Notes under the pieces: generated by a model
Told to the model about the DNA's origin: nothing
The model's input: the letters and a program-made list of their open reading frames with translations, nothing else
The model's database searches: none
In this document: positions 19,481-29,461 of the stretch, in pieces
How positions within the stretch are numbered: position 1 is the first letter of the stretch
How the letters are laid out: each line of letters starts with the position of its first letter
Made by a program: the position numbers and the translations under genes
Origin: Spirochaetia bacterium
GTDB taxonomy: Bacteria; Spirochaetota; Spirochaetia; UBA9216
Assembly: GCA_963677925.2 (NCBI GenBank)
Contig: CAXXYH010000001.1
Location: 32,001-96,000 of the forward strand
Reading direction: 5' to 3'
DNA length: 64,000 nt

Positions 19481-22400
19481 TTAATAAGAAAAATGCCAGG
19501 ATAATCCGACACTAGTTTTTTTCAATCCTGCAGCAGGATCCACAAAGTCGGGAAAGAGGCTGAATTCAATATTTGCAACCGGCCCTTCCCACTCCAGTTT
19601 TATCTCACTGTCAAGGTTAAGATTCAATCCGTCAGAATAACCTGTATCGTTATAAAGATCAAACTGAAACAATCCCTGTAAGAATATATCATCTGTGAAG
19701 TACTTTCCCAAGAATAAGGTCGTATTGTCAAGATATTTGGCAAAATTGTCATCAGGATTTACAATACTGGTCTGAAGTTTGTCTTCAATTATGTTTCCGA
19801 TAAAGGATGTACGGATTGACAGCAGATCCAGACCCAGAGTTTTCTTTAATTCGTTCTCGATACCCTTAAGTGCGTACTGGGTCGCAAGATCTGTCACGAA
19901 AGCTGCTGTTTCACCTAAATCTCCGTCTGAGGCGCCTATGGTATCAAGGATATTTCCGCCCAGCAGAGAAATTATTTCGTTTGTAGACATTGCCGGGTCG
20001 GATTCAAAACGCGGTACGAATGAGCTAAGCGGTGATTTGTCAACTATTAGAAAAATCTTTACAAGTTCCCCGGCTGCATTTACATCCCTTATTTCAGCTC
20101 TGGCGCTTAGAAGAGGATCCATTGCATAGACCATATCGTTTGTAAATCTGATTGAGCCTTCCTTGATATAGAAATTTCTTTCAAAATAGAATATTTCACC
20201 GCCCTTGAGTGCGAGGGCTCCGTCAAGAATAAGCTCATTGGGAATTGAATCATATCTGAGACTGAACTCATCTTCAGGTTTTATGTATGCCCTTACGATC
20301 GGCAGCGTCTGACTGGGCCACATTAGCTGGTTGTTTTCACCTACTCTGATTTTTAAATCTGCTCCAATCTGCTCGGTCGGCATACCCATTTTTCCGTCCC
20401 CGAGACTGTTGCTGAACATTATCGTCGCATCTATTGCCTTAATATCACCGCTGACGTTCATACGGAGAAAGTCTCCGTAAATACGCAGATTTCCCTCCGC
20501 AAAGCCTGATACATAAAAAGGTGCACGATAGAACATTGCAGAGATTCCCCGTCCTTCCGGAACAGACATATTAAAATCATAGTTTCTCGGCAGCCAGCGT
20601 TCCATAACACCGTCAATTGTCATCATTACTATTCCGTTTTCGGTGATGATGCGGGTTGACGGTAGAGTAATTGATTTTCCGCTGAAAAAGAAAGATGTGG
20701 AAAGGTCTTTGGTTTTCTCCTGTACAATAGGCGGTCTAAAATCAAGGTTATTCAAATCGAGCTGTCCGTAAAAATCAGGATCGTTAAATGGTCCTAGGAT
20801 TTTAAGATCACCGGTAATGCTCCCTTTTTCAAAGTAAAAGAATGGAATTTCAAGTTTATCAAAAACATATTCAATACCGCTGATCCTTGCATCAATATAT
20901 CCTCCGTTCATGGAGCCTTTAGCCGCAAATGTCAGCGGAACCGGATCTGCTATGTTGATAGTGAATGTTCCATCGTCATTATAACGGCCTGATACAGAAT
21001 TTTCAGGACCTCCGGACAGGATGGATGTTCCCTCTGAATGGTTTATCGTAAAATTCAAATCATCTCTGGGCAGTTTATTATAGAGAAGATCTTCAAGGTT
21101 GAGCTGCAGGTTCATATCCTGGTTCATGACTGAAGCTATATCGCCAATATTTTCTATGGGGACTGATTTTCCCGTTATGCTGATCTGAGTTCCAAGTGTA
21201 AGAGGTGCCAGTTCTGCAGTCAGCTCCCCGGTCAGCTGATGTCTGCCTGTGGCGAAATCAAGCAGTCCCCTGCCTTGTTTAAAAGAGATACTGCCGGCGT
21301 TGAGATCTATACGTCCTGCTTCAAATACAAGGTCTTTATACTGCAGCGATGTATTAAGATCCAGGGGGCGTCCGGTGAACTCTGCATCTCCTGTGGTCAG
21401 TTCAAGACTGAGCTCCGGACTTGCAAGGCTGCCGGAAATAACAGCTGTTCCCGATATATCTCCCTCTACAGGCAGGATCCCTGAAAGCCTTTCAAGCTTG
21501 AAATTATTTATATCGAGTGATCCGCCTGCTTCACCTTTAGCCATATCAAATAACAGTGAGTAATTCTCATCCGATCGCCGGTCAGCAAGCTGAAGATATA
21601 CACTTCCGCTGAGGCCGTCGGTAAAATCGGTAATTCTGACGAATCCGCTGCCGTTAAGCTCTGAATATGAATCACTGTATTTGAGGCTGCTCAGCTGGCC
21701 GCCATCGTTTCCTACAATCGCGCTGAGAAGCAGCCTGCCTGTATAGCCTGAAATCGGCAGGGCTGATACTGAGGTTTTATTTACAAAGATTTTCCAGTTT
21801 TCAGATGTATCAAAATATCCTGAAATATCAGCGCTTATTCCTGAGGGGCTGTCTTTTCCGATATAAAAAGGAAGTTCCTCGGTTTTCAGCTGAAAGGTGT
21901 ATCCGGTTAAAGGAAGTTCAAGCAGACTCAGCTGGAAGCCGTGAGAACCGGTAAGACTTAAAGCTCCGCTTGATACACTGTATACCCCTCCGATATCATA
22001 GTTCAGATCATTCAGACTCAGGCTTGTACTCAGCATGATGGTCTTATCTGTGTCTATTTCTGCAGATACCTGGCCGCTGATAATATTCTGATTCCAGATT
22101 ATATTGAGGTTTGTCAGGCTGATACGGCGATTATTTCCGGAGAGCTGAAGTTCGATTCTGTTTTCCGGCCCGGTACGGCTGGTCAGCAGAAATTCTGATG
22201 CGGCGAATGCCATCTGTCTGAGATCTCCTGAAAAGAAAAGCTCGGAACTCAGTCTGAAATCAAGCAGATCTACAGGAAGGCTTATACCGGGAGGGATAAG
22301 CGTCATTAATGGCCTTATACTGAGATTCTCAGTGGAAACAACTGTCTGAAGATACTGGTCTTTTCCGGACTGATATACACCTTCAATATAAAGCGATTCA

Positions 22401-23818
22401 TTCTGCCCGTCATCGGATTCCGGTTCAGCCTCAAGAAGGAAGTCGAAATTATCCTGATAAGGAAGAATACTCAGCTTGAGTTTTCGCAATTTGAGATCTC
22501 CGGCTATGAGGCTGTCTGAATTTACAGTATATTTCCCGATATTATCTGTGGCTATGCTTATATCTGTGGAGATCTCCGCATTATTTAACTTCAAACTGTC
22601 TAATTCCGCATTTCCGTTAATTTCCGGCAAATCTCCGGTGAAGCCTATCCTGCCGCTGAAACCGCCTGAAAGGGCATCATTTTCAAAGCGGGAATCAGCA
22701 ATAGTAAGTTCAATATTATTTCCGGCAAACGATGCTTCAATGTGAGAATCGGGAATAATAAAATCAGGATATGTATCGACTGCCAGGGCTCCATGATATT
22801 CGAGTTTTCTTTCGGCGTAATCGTAGTCAAGCGCGGCATTTCCGGTAACTGAAAGTCCAAGAAAATCAGTGTACTGCCTGGTATGCCTGCCGGGACTGAA
22901 ATATTCGCTGAAAATAAAATCATCAGCATCCAGTTCCAAACGGACACTGTGTGTTTCCGTATCAAGTTTAAGATTAATATCTGCAGGTGTTTTGTCGCCG
23001 ATTTTTGTAAGCTGATAGATACCTGGAGCGGTATACCTGAAGTTTATGCTTAAACGTTCAGCAGATATCAGATCCGAGTCAAGATTTCGGCTTTTAAGTA
23101 CAAGTTCAACCCAGTTCAGATTTCGATCTATTCTTCCGGATGCATTGAGAGATGTTTCAACCGAGATTGAGTTATCATCAGCAGGAAGAGGTGTTTCATC
23201 GAAAAGCAGGTAAGCTTCAGATCTGGCTGTAAGGGCAAAATCGTCAGCTGAGGAGTTTTTCAGGGTAAAATAAAGTTTACTGAAACTGCCTGAATAATCC
23301 GGGGATATGAGACTCAAATTGAGATTCTTCCCTCGAAGGTAAAAGCTGGCCGGAAGATCGAAGGTAACCGAACTCGGTGATCCCCTTTCCCGGGATGAGC
23401 CGGCAGATTTAAACAGTTCAAGAAGCTCTGCATCTTCGGCTGTATCAAAGCTGAGTTTTGAGTTGATGATGGTCAGTCCCCTGAATGCTCCGACAGGATC
23501 GTTCTGAAGAAGCTTAAGCAGGCTGAAGTCAAGCCGCAGCCGGCCTATTTCGAGGAGTACATCATCTGAATTATTTTCAGCGAATATCTTAAATCCCTGG
23601 ATTTCAAAAGCCCGGAAGATAGAAGGTGAGATGCTTTCATATGCAATATCACGGTTCAGTCTCAGTTCGAGAGTATTGATAAACCTCAGTTTTACATCTT
23701 CAAGATATGTAACAAATTTCCGCTGAAGCGGAAAAAGTACAAGCGGCAGAAGGATTGCGCAAACCGAGATTATTGATAATATTTGAATTGTCTTTGACCT
23801 TTTTGCAGAAGGTTTCAG
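19481..23818 (-). CDS. tamB: TamB (DUF490) translocation/assembly module protein, about 1445 aa with probable CTG start
   Basis: C-terminal DUF490-like region (GGEIFYFERNFYIKEGSIRF...LGKYFTDDIF). The frame stays open 167 codons upstream of the track's TTG 23317 and encodes an N-terminal TM anchor. Adjacent to bamA. Confidence 0.85.
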   Translation of the reverse strand: MKPSAKRSKTIQILSIISVCAILLPLVLFPLQRKFVTYLEDVKLRFINTLELRLNRDIAYESISPSIFRAFEIQGFKIFAENNSDDVLLEIGRLRLDFSLLKLLQNDPVGAFRGLTIINSKLSFDTAEDAELLELFKSAGSSRERGSPSSVTFDLPASFYLRGKNLNLSLISPDYSGSFSKLYFTLKNSSADDFALTARSEAYLLFDETPLPADDNSISVETSLNASGRIDRNLNWVELVLKSRNLDSDLISAERLSINFRYTAPGIYQLTKIGDKTPADINLKLDTETHSVRLELDADDFIFSEYFSPGRHTRQYTDFLGLSVTGNAALDYDYAERKLEYHGALAVDTYPDFIIPDSHIEASFAGNNIELTIADSRFENDALSGGFSGRIGFTGDLPEINGNAELDSLKLNNAEISTDISIATDNIGKYTVNSDSLIAGDLKLRKLKLSILPYQDNFDFLLEAEPESDDGQNESLYIEGVYQSGKDQYLQTVVSTENLSIRPLMTLIPPGISLPVDLLDFRLSSELFFSGDLRQMAFAASEFLLTSRTGPENRIELQLSGNNRRISLTNLNIIWNQNIISGQVSAEIDTDKTIMLSTSLSLNDLNYDIGGVYSVSSGALSLTGSHGFQLSLLELPLTGYTFQLKTEELPFYIGKDSPSGISADISGYFDTSENWKIFVNKTSVSALPISGYTGRLLLSAIVGNDGGQLSSLKYSDSYSELNGSGFVRITDFTDGLSGSVYLQLADRRSDENYSLLFDMAKGEAGGSLDINNFKLERLSGILPVEGDISGTAVISGSLASPELSLELTTGDAEFTGRPLDLNTSLQYKDLVFEAGRIDLNAGSISFKQGRGLLDFATGRHQLTGELTAELAPLTLGTQISITGKSVPIENIGDIASVMNQDMNLQLNLEDLLYNKLPRDDLNFTINHSEGTSILSGGPENSVSGRYNDDGTFTINIADPVPLTFAAKGSMNGGYIDARISGIEYVFDKLEIPFFYFEKGSITGDLKILGPFNDPDFYGQLDLNNLDFRPPIVQEKTKDLSTSFFFSGKSITLPSTRIITENGIVMMTIDGVMERWLPRNYDFNMSVPEGRGISAMFYRAPFYVSGFAEGNLRIYGDFLRMNVSGDIKAIDATIMFSNSLGDGKMGMPTEQIGADLKIRVGENNQLMWPSQTLPIVRAYIKPEDEFSLRYDSIPNELILDGALALKGGEIFYFERNFYIKEGSIRFTNDMVYAMDPLLSARAEIRDVNAAGELVKIFLIVDKSPLSSFVPRFESDPAMSTNEIISLLGGNILDTIGASDGDLGETAAFVTDLATQYALKGIENELKKTLGLDLLSIRTSFIGNIIEDKLQTSIVNPDDNFAKYLDNTTLFLGKYFTDDIFLQGLFQFDLYNDTGYSDGLNLNLDSEIKLEWEGPVANIEFSLFPDFVDPAAGLKKTSVGLSWHFSY

Positions 23819-23842
23819 AACAGGTACCTCTTCATCTTTTCA

Positions 23843-23871
23843 ATTAGTGAATTTACACCAAATTCACTAAT
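23843..23871. promoter_or_regulatory. Perfect 12-bp inverted repeat in the tamB/tmk divergent region
   Basis: ATTAGTGAATTT-ACACC-AAATTCACTAAT. Confidence 0.55.
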
Positions 23872-23926
23872 AAGTGTATAGAACTTCGTTTAAAAGTTTC
23901 CGACTTTTGAACTCATCAATATAAGA

Positions 23927-23955
23927 TTGTCAAAAAAGACCCAATATTCTATTAT
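23927..23955 (+). promoter_or_regulatory. Sigma70-type promoter, probably leaderless, for tmk
   Basis: TTGTCA-17 bp-TATTAT, then 6 nt to GTG 23962; no SD sequence. Confidence 0.6.
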
Positions 23956-23961
23956 CGGTGT

Positions 23962-24582
23962 GTGATGAGAGAGAAACCCGAAGTTTTACAAAATTTTATC
24001 GCCCTTGAGGGTCTTGACGGCAGCGGAACTACAACCCAGCTGAATATGCTTAAAAAATGGTTTGCGGACAATGATAAAGCATTGTATTCAACATGTGAGC
24101 CAACACCCATGCCTTCCGGTAAACTGATACGTCAGATTCTGCTGAAAGAGATAAAGGCCGAGCCTGAAACTCTTGCAAGGCTGTTTTCCGCAGACAGGTA
24201 TGAGCATCTGCATAATCCGGATTCCGGAATTCTTAAAATGCTTGAATGCGGCAGTACTGTTCTTACCGACAGATATCTGTTCTCTTCACTTGCATACCAG
24301 AGCCTCGGCTGTGATTTTGAGCTTGTTCATGAGCTCAATCCGTACCCGATACCTGAATACACAATATTTCTTGACCTTCCGGCGGAAGTCTGCAGTCAGC
24401 GGATGCACAAGCGCGATAAAATTGAGCTTTTTGATGCCCTCTCTATTCAGAACAGGATTATTGAAAATTATAACAGGGCATTCAGTCTTTATGAGAATAC
24501 CGGTATGAAGCTGCTGCGGATTGACGGTACAAAGAAACCCGAAGAAATATGTTCTGAAATAATTACGGCAATAAGCCGATAA
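23962..24582 (+). CDS. tmk: Thymidylate kinase
   Basis: FIALEGLDGSGTTTQ P-loop, EPT, LFSADR and DRYLFSSLAYQ. Confidence 0.96.
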   Translation: MMREKPEVLQNFIALEGLDGSGTTTQLNMLKKWFADNDKALYSTCEPTPMPSGKLIRQILLKEIKAEPETLARLFSADRYEHLHNPDSGILKMLECGSTVLTDRYLFSSLAYQSLGCDFELVHELNPYPIPEYTIFLDLPAEVCSQRMHKRDKIELFDALSIQNRIIENYNRAFSLYENTGMKLLRIDGTKKPEEICSEIITAISR

Positions 24583-24589
24583 GCTTCAT

Positions 24590-25201
24590 GTGAGGCATTT
24601 ATTTAAACCTGCAGTAATTATTCTCTTTTTTGCGCTGTTTGCAGTTCAGAACACTTTTGCCTACAAAATTCTTTACGCAGAACAGTTTTATAAGCTCTAT
24701 CACAGTCACTATATCCAGTATCCTGAAGACAGTGCTGAAAACATCTACTATCTGGAAAATGCCTTAAAAAGACCCTTCGTTAATCCTCTGAATGCCCTGG
24801 CTGCCATCAAGACTGAGAAAGAATGGGAGCGATACAGATATTTGTTCACAATGCATATCTATCTGAAGCTTATTGAGCAGTGGCGGCTTCTGGGTGTCAA
24901 ATACGATAAATTCGACGCATACTTTTATAACTATCCATGGAAACAGGAAAACCTTAAAAGTCTGCAGATGGCTGAAAAGTATTATAAGAATGCCCTCTAC
25001 TACTGGGACAAGGTCCTTGAAATGAAAGCAGAGATTGACGCCATGCCCTATATCTATATTGAGGGCATGGAATACTGGGAAGATGAGCGGATTAAAATAG
25101 ATGAGGGCGAGATCGATTATAAGGAATTTATAGAACTCGATCTGAAGCGCCTGTACGAGGTCCGGGAAGCATTTGAAAATATGACCCCGGACACTTACTG
25201 A
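24590..25201 (+). CDS. Exported alpha-helical hypothetical protein
   Basis: Signal peptide ending TFA; Tyr/Glu/Lys-rich helical sequence; 7 bp after tmk. Confidence 0.75.
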   Translation: MRHLFKPAVIILFFALFAVQNTFAYKILYAEQFYKLYHSHYIQYPEDSAENIYYLENALKRPFVNPLNALAAIKTEKEWERYRYLFTMHIYLKLIEQWRLLGVKYDKFDAYFYNYPWKQENLKSLQMAEKYYKNALYYWDKVLEMKAEIDAMPYIYIEGMEYWEDERIKIDEGEIDYKEFIELDLKRLYEVREAFENMTPDTY

Positions 25202-25214
25202 AAATGACGATAAA

Positions 25215-28200
25215 TCATATCGATGTCTCGGCTACAGCCTTATCGTAACCATCGCGCCGTATATGTCTTTTCTCAATCAAGGTATAAATAACCGGAACCA
25301 GAATCAATGTAAGAAGCGTTGATGTTATCAGTCCCCCTGCTATAGCCTGACCAAGCGGTGCATAAACCTCTGAGCCGTTTCCAAAGGCGAAGGCCATCGG
25401 CAGAACTCCAAAAAAGGTCGTCAGTGTAGTCATAAGTATAGGCTTTAACCTTGATGAGCATCCTTCAAGAACCGCCTGTTCAAGTCCTGTGCCCTTTTTC
25501 CGAAGCAGGTTAAGGTAGTCAATCATTACAATACCGTTGTTAACAACCATTCCGGCCAGAGATATCATACCAAGCATTGGAATGATGGATATCGTGGAAC
25601 CGAAGGCAATAAGACCTAAAACAACACCAATCAGCGTGAATGGGATTGAAATCATTATTATAAACGGCTGAACGAATCTTTCAAATTGAATAACCATAAC
25701 CATGTAGACAAGAAAGACAGCGATTCCCAGTATCATAAACAATGATTTAAATGAAGACCCGATGAGACTTGAGGTTCCCGCAATCTCCCATGAAACTCCG
25801 TAGGGAAGCTCAACATCATTCATATATTCCGACATTCTTCCGGTTACACCCATCTGATCCTGGGTTGTAAGGTATCCTGTGATTGTGATTGATATATTTC
25901 TGTTTTCCTTGGCTATCGATGAGACTGCCGGCTCCCTGTCGATTTCAGTGAGACTTGAGAGTGCAATCGGATCTCCTGAGGGCGTCTTGAGGGTAATCAT
26001 ATTTATAGTGTTTTCATCAATATCAGATCCGGCCACCTCTGAAGACAGCAGGATTGGTATATTCCCTTCATCGGTACGGTATTTACCGGTTTCCATGCCG
26101 TTAAAGAGAATTCTTGAAGTAACGGCTGTTTCATACGGTGTGATGCCGGTAGAGCCCAGATAATCAAGGATAAGATTTGATACAAGCTGTTCCTTTCCAT
26201 AGTTCATGCTCATAGTTGTTTTAAAAACTTCCGGGTCATTCTCCAGCTGTCCGTCGACTATTTCAGCAGACTTCATGACCTGCTCAAGGCTGTTACCGTA
26301 AAGCCTGACCTTAAAACCCTGACCGCCGGTTGCCATACCCAGCAGTGAATCAAAGCCTCCGTTTACAACAATTACATCGATATCGGTGATTTCATTATTC
26401 AGGGCGGTCTGAAGTGAGTCTACAATTTCGTGAACGGTCCTGTCCCGGTGCTGATTCCCTGTGAGTCTTATTCTGCCGATTGCGACATTTTTCTTTGATG
26501 CTGAACTGAGGGTGCTTGAAGCACCGACATAGTATATTGAAGTTTCAATCTCAGGCGTAAGCTCAGTAACCAGCCTGTCTATTTCATCAATTTTGTCCCT
26601 TGTCTGCAGCAGGCTGTAAGATTCAGGGGTTTTGATGTGAATTTCAAACTCACCTGTATCGGAGGGAGGTATAAAACTGATTCCCATAAATGAAATAAGC
26701 ATTACCGTGAGCACAAGCACTACAACAGCAACTATTAGTACCCTCAGCGGCCGTCTTATAGCCCCTGCAAGTATTTTCCTATATCCGGATGTTAGCTTAT
26801 CCAGAGCTCCGTCGATAATTCTGTGAAACAGTACAGTTGATTTAAATCGCGGTTTATCCTCTTTAAGAAACTGGGCGGAAAGGTATGGCACGACTATAAC
26901 AGATACCAGAGCCGACGCGCCCAGGGCAATGACTATAGTAAGGGATAAGCCCTTCATTATTATACCAATCAGCCCTGTTAGAAAAATCATCGGCAGAAAT
27001 ACGCAGATTGACGTGGTTGCCGATGCCAGCACTGCTCCCCCTACTTCTCCTGCTCCGATTGAGGCCGAACCGGCCGGATCGCCTGAGTCTGCAAAGTGGC
27101 GGTTGGTGTTTTCGAGAACTACGATGGAACTGTCCACGATCATACCGATTGCAACCGTGAGGCCGGACAGGCTGAGCATGTTCATTGTCGTTCCGGTCAG
27201 GTACATTCCTATTACGGTGATCAGCATTGAAAGCGGAATTGAAAGTCCGATGATAATAGTACTGCGGATGTTATGCAGAAAGATATAGATGATAAGGATG
27301 GCAAGAGCTATTCCGGTAAAGGCTGATTTGAGAACTGTATTGATAGTAAGCTCGGTGGTTACCTTTTCATCGGCTATAGTATAGAACTCAATCAGTCCCG
27401 AGTATTTTGCTTCAGTTTCCGCTTCAATACGCTTCAGACTGTCTACAATATCGAGTGTATTGCCTTCCTGGCGTTTCATAACATCTATAGCCATAACAGC
27501 CTGATTGTCGGAACGGATGTAAAAATCAGGTTCAGCGAAATTTATTTCGATATCCGCAATATCCTTGAGGTAGACATATGAATCATCAACATGACCTACC
27601 ACTAGGTTCTGTATCTCTTCTATGTTTGAAAATTCACCTGAAGTCCGGAGATTCAGTGCCTCATCCTTGTAACTGATCTCTCCGGCCGGGAAAGAAATGT
27701 TCGAATACTGAAGAAGCTGGTAGATATCGAGTACTGAAAGTCCTCTGGGTTCAAGTTCATTTATATGCAGTTTTATCTCAAGCTGTTTCTGTACTCCGCC
27801 TTTTATCTGAATGTTTGAAACCCCGTCAATTCTGGTAATCTGGGGACTGAACTCATTTTCGATAAAATCTGTGAGAACTTCCGGCTCAAGTCTGCTTTTT
27901 ACCATTACTGAATAGATTGGAAGAATAGCCGCCATATCATGAACTATAATAACAGGATCGCCTGATATCCCCTCCGGCAGATCATCCATAGCCGCGTTGA
28001 CGAGTTCCCTTATTTCCGGCAGTTTGGCGTAGGCATCCACATTTTCATCGAATTCGATTACTACCGAGGACACTGAATCACTTGATGTCGAGGTCAGATT
28101 CGCAAGCCCTGAGAGACTTATTAATGAATCTTCAAGCGGTGCTGTAACATCACGTTCGACACTCTCGGCATCTACACCGGGATATATCGTAACCACAGAT

Positions 28201-28334
28201 GCTCCGGGCATGCCTATTGCCGGAAATGCTTCCTGGTTTGAACCCTGCAGAGCAAAGAAACCGAAGAAAACTACGGCAATCAGTATTATGGTAATAACGG
28301 CAGGATGCTTTATCGAATAATCTGCAAGTTTCAT
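25215..28334 (-). CDS. RND efflux transporter permease (AcrB/AcrD/AcrF family)
   Basis: 1039 aa; YPGVDAESVE, IGMIVDSSIVVLEN, SRLKPILMTTLTT and PLGQAIAGGLITSTLLTL motifs. Confidence 0.95.
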   Translation of the reverse strand: MKLADYSIKHPAVITIILIAVVFFGFFALQGSNQEAFPAIGMPGASVVTIYPGVDAESVERDVTAPLEDSLISLSGLANLTSTSSDSVSSVVIEFDENVDAYAKLPEIRELVNAAMDDLPEGISGDPVIIVHDMAAILPIYSVMVKSRLEPEVLTDFIENEFSPQITRIDGVSNIQIKGGVQKQLEIKLHINELEPRGLSVLDIYQLLQYSNISFPAGEISYKDEALNLRTSGEFSNIEEIQNLVVGHVDDSYVYLKDIADIEINFAEPDFYIRSDNQAVMAIDVMKRQEGNTLDIVDSLKRIEAETEAKYSGLIEFYTIADEKVTTELTINTVLKSAFTGIALAILIIYIFLHNIRSTIIIGLSIPLSMLITVIGMYLTGTTMNMLSLSGLTVAIGMIVDSSIVVLENTNRHFADSGDPAGSASIGAGEVGGAVLASATTSICVFLPMIFLTGLIGIIMKGLSLTIVIALGASALVSVIVVPYLSAQFLKEDKPRFKSTVLFHRIIDGALDKLTSGYRKILAGAIRRPLRVLIVAVVVLVLTVMLISFMGISFIPPSDTGEFEIHIKTPESYSLLQTRDKIDEIDRLVTELTPEIETSIYYVGASSTLSSASKKNVAIGRIRLTGNQHRDRTVHEIVDSLQTALNNEITDIDVIVVNGGFDSLLGMATGGQGFKVRLYGNSLEQVMKSAEIVDGQLENDPEVFKTTMSMNYGKEQLVSNLILDYLGSTGITPYETAVTSRILFNGMETGKYRTDEGNIPILLSSEVAGSDIDENTINMITLKTPSGDPIALSSLTEIDREPAVSSIAKENRNISITITGYLTTQDQMGVTGRMSEYMNDVELPYGVSWEIAGTSSLIGSSFKSLFMILGIAVFLVYMVMVIQFERFVQPFIIMISIPFTLIGVVLGLIAFGSTISIIPMLGMISLAGMVVNNGIVMIDYLNLLRKKGTGLEQAVLEGCSSRLKPILMTTLTTFFGVLPMAFAFGNGSEVYAPLGQAIAGGLITSTLLTLILVPVIYTLIEKRHIRRDGYDKAVAETSI

Positions 28335-28343
28335 CCGCTGCCT

Positions 28344-29405
28344 CTATCGGATACTTACCGGACTGCCTTCAACCAGAAAGCTCTGTCCTTCGATAATGAA
28401 GTCACTGTCTGAATATTTCTCCGGCACAGCAAAAAAACGGTTATTGGAATATACTTCATCAAAACTGATTTTCTCTGCAGTTTCATCAGCATGATTTACA
28501 ATCCAGAGTGAATTGCCGGGACCGTAGACTGAATGAGGCAGATACCAGAGGCCGTCCTGCCTGTCGGTTTCAAAAATACAGTAGACAAACATTCCCGGCC
28601 GGAGTTCAGCCTCTTTATCGTTAATCCCTGCGACAATATCGAAGTTTCTTGTCTGGGCATTTATCATCGGTGAAATTTCACTGATTTCTGCTGTATGGAA
28701 AGCTGTAAGGCCGTCCTTGGAGACAGTTACCTTCATATCAGGATTTTTAGAGAAAAGTTCATAATACTTTTCCGGTACCCTAAGTTTGACTATAAGGTTT
28801 TTAAGATTGCCGATTGTCATAACCGGTATTTCCGGAGCTGCCATTGCCCCCTCTGTTGTATGCACCTTTAGAACTGTACCGCTGATAGGCGCTTCAATAT
28901 GCGTATAGCTTACCTGGAGCTGTGCCAGTTCATACTGTGATTTATATGCATCATACTGGGACTTGGTCTGATCATAATTCTGCCTGGTTGCAGCGCCTGA
29001 ATTATACATCTGTTCTATTCTTTCGTAGGAAGACTGGATCCCGAAATACGCCGCCTCGGCCTGTTTAAGCTGGAGGTCATAGGATTTTGAATCAATCTCC
29101 GCTATAACCTCTCCTTTTTCAACTGAGTCTCCGGCGGTCTTTGCAAGGCTCTCAAGAGTGCCTGAAACAAATGGAAGAACCGTTACTATTTCATTGGACT
29201 CAACATAACCGGTAAGTTTGAGTTCTCTTTCCAGAGAGCCGAACTGCGGTTTTAATACTTTTACCGGGGTTCCCGCGGGAGCTTCGGTTTCTTTAGGAAT
29301 TTCCTTTCTGGCAAAAACGGTGACGGCAGAAAGCAGAACAACAACTGCTATGAGTACGGCAGAGGTGATAATTACAGCAAATTTCTTTTTAGAAAGAATA
29401 TTCAT
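28344..29405 (-). CDS. RND periplasmic adaptor (membrane fusion protein)
   Basis: N-terminal TM, lipoyl halves (GDSVEKGEVIAEID, IEAPISGTV), hairpin and LRPGMF. Confidence 0.93.
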   Translation of the reverse strand: MNILSKKKFAVIITSAVLIAVVVLLSAVTVFARKEIPKETEAPAGTPVKVLKPQFGSLERELKLTGYVESNEIVTVLPFVSGTLESLAKTAGDSVEKGEVIAEIDSKSYDLQLKQAEAAYFGIQSSYERIEQMYNSGAATRQNYDQTKSQYDAYKSQYELAQLQVSYTHIEAPISGTVLKVHTTEGAMAAPEIPVMTIGNLKNLIVKLRVPEKYYELFSKNPDMKVTVSKDGLTAFHTAEISEISPMINAQTRNFDIVAGINDKEAELRPGMFVYCIFETDRQDGLWYLPHSVYGPGNSLWIVNHADETAEKISFDEVYSNNRFFAVPEKYSDSDFIIEGQSFLVEGSPVSIR

Positions 29406-29410
29406 TCTTT
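29393..29410. promoter_or_regulatory. Candidate TetR operator 1, overlapping the MFP start codon
   Basis: AAAGAAT-ATTC-ATTCTTT palindrome; its reverse complement matches 30117-30134 at 14/18 positions. Confidence 0.6.
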
Positions 29411-29411
29411 T

Positions 29412-29455
29412 AATATAAGAATTTTATTGATTTTTTTCAATATATTTGTGATACT
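29412..29455. promoter_or_regulatory. Overlapping divergent sigma70 promoters for MFP (-) and tetR (+)
   Basis: Minus: TTGAAA(29440-29435)-17-TATATT(29417-29412)-6 nt-ATG. Plus: TTGATT(29427-29432)-17-GATACT(29450-29455)-6 nt-ATG. Confidence 0.6.
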
Positions 29456-29461
29456 AATTTT

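Noticed and set aside
23843-23871. Rex operator
   Set aside because: GTGAA/TTCAC half-sites are 11 bp apart rather than the 4 bp of the Rex consensus.
25500-27150. Non-canonical RND proton-relay residues (VDSS in TM4, VNN in TM10) as a sign of an inactive pump
   Set aside because: The first Asp and the R.[K/R]PILMT motif are retained, and VNN-type TM10 occurs in many RND subfamilies; not enough to call loss of function.
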